Assembly: GCA_035552155.1 (NCBI GenBank) | Contig: DASZLX010000035.1 | Location: forward strand, 65,381-129,380 | Direction of reading: 5' to 3' | Origin: Verrucomicrobiia bacterium | GTDB lineage: Bacteria; Verrucomicrobiota; Verrucomicrobiia; Limisphaerales; DASXHY01 | Length of the DNA: 64,000 bases | In this document: positions 63,508 to 64,000 of the stretch, one piece after another | Layout of the letters: the number at the start of each line of letters is the position of its first letter | Numbering within the stretch: position 1 is the stretch's first letter | The notes under the pieces: model-generated | What the model was told of the DNA's origin: nothing | Seen by the model: the letters and a program-made list of their open reading frames with translations, nothing else | The model's database searches: none | Made by a program: the position numbers and the translations under genes

Positions 63508-64000
63508 ACCCTTCCTCTCCGCAAAAAACGCCGGCAAAACCTACATGCTCGGCAAACGCGCCTTGGAAGTGCTGCGCGGCATCGATCTGGAGGTCAACCG
63601 CGGTGATTTTTTGGCGTTGCGCGGCGCGTCGGGCGCGGGCAAAAGCACGTTACTGCACCTGCTCGGCGGCCTCGATTTCCCCGATCCGGGAGAAATTCAG
63701 TCGCGCGGCCGCAGTTTGCGCGACCTTCCCCGTCGCGATTTGGCGCAGTGGCGGAATCGGGAAGTCGGTTTCATTTTTCAGGCCTATTATTTGTTGCCCG
63801 AACTCGATGCCCTGGAAAATGTCTGCCTGCCCGCCCGCATGGCCCGCACCCCCGCAACCGAAGCCGCCAATCGCGGGCGCGAACTGCTCACGCGCGTGGG
63901 TCTTCAGGAGCGCATGGAGCACAAACCCTACGAACTCTCCGGCGGCGAACAACAACGCGTGGCCATTGCGCGGGCCTTGATAAATCAGCCGGACTTGATT
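63500..64000 (+). CDS. lolD: lipoprotein-releasing ABC transporter ATP-binding protein (partial; runs off the window)
   Basis: Hand translation from ATG 63500 gives [74 protein letters not shown]. It overlaps the permease stop by 8 nt. The track ORF 63504..63980 is in a different frame. Confidence 0.92.
   Translation, partial: [167 protein letters not shown]

Noticed and set aside
62137-63537. 466-aa ORF antisense to the LolC/E permease
   Set aside because: The permease frame has the expected TM and periplasmic domain pattern. The antisense product is charged and low-complexity.
63504-63980. 158-aa track ORF at the window end
   Set aside because: It is in the wrong frame. The frame starting at ATG 63500 gives a textbook LolD (Walker A, signature motif) and stays open to the window edge.

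Overview
High-G+C, gene-dense chromosomal segment with about 66 CDS; CDS coordinates include the stop codon. It is most consistent with a Verrucomicrobiota/PVC-type genome. Supporting signs are a PEP-CTERM protein, a TAT-signal Gfo/Idh/MocA plus ThuA pair, a 51-aa small basic protein, and many short-period intergenic repeats. This taxonomic guess is inference only. Most content is housekeeping: purH, folD, thiC behind a TPP riboswitch, uvrB, tkt, proB, mazG, cdd, a purine nucleoside phosphorylase, moeB, rluB, lolC/E-lolD and a DEAD-box helicase. One same-strand envelope cluster (4499..12930, minus) holds a Wza-like exporter, a Wzc-like tyrosine autokinase, an outer-membrane beta-barrel, an FHA-TM protein, an orphan ABC ATPase and a TPR-LysM lipoprotein. 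Small regulons include ArsR with three SRPBCC paralogs and LysR divergent from pirin-SDR-DoxX. I saw no rRNA, tRNA, CRISPR array, prophage, integrase, reverse transcriptase or recognisable defence genes. I did not find a convincing novel multi-gene protein system. The strongest non-routine signals are in non-coding DNA. (1) A RAYT-like Y1 transposase gene is bracketed by inverted GTAG-plus-hairpin REP units. (2) A 181-bp MITE-like element with 21-bp terminal inverted repeats is present in two full copies plus one remnant, one copy with a clean 8-9 bp direct flank. (3) Several families of hairpins are built from 7-10 bp tandem units (GTTAAAT, TCCAAG, ATCTGCG, CTCTGTGCC, GCCTTTGCG), placed consistently just 3' of stop codons. 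(4) A 7-bp x4 tandem repeat lies inside thiC, within what looks like an in-frame repeat-derived insertion. (5) An orphan intrinsic terminator in a divergent intergenic region may mark a small RNA. One visibly lower-G+C gene, a serine hydrolase with a 4-5x repeated N-domain, looks horizontally acquired. All protein family calls come from motif recognition by eye; no searches were run.
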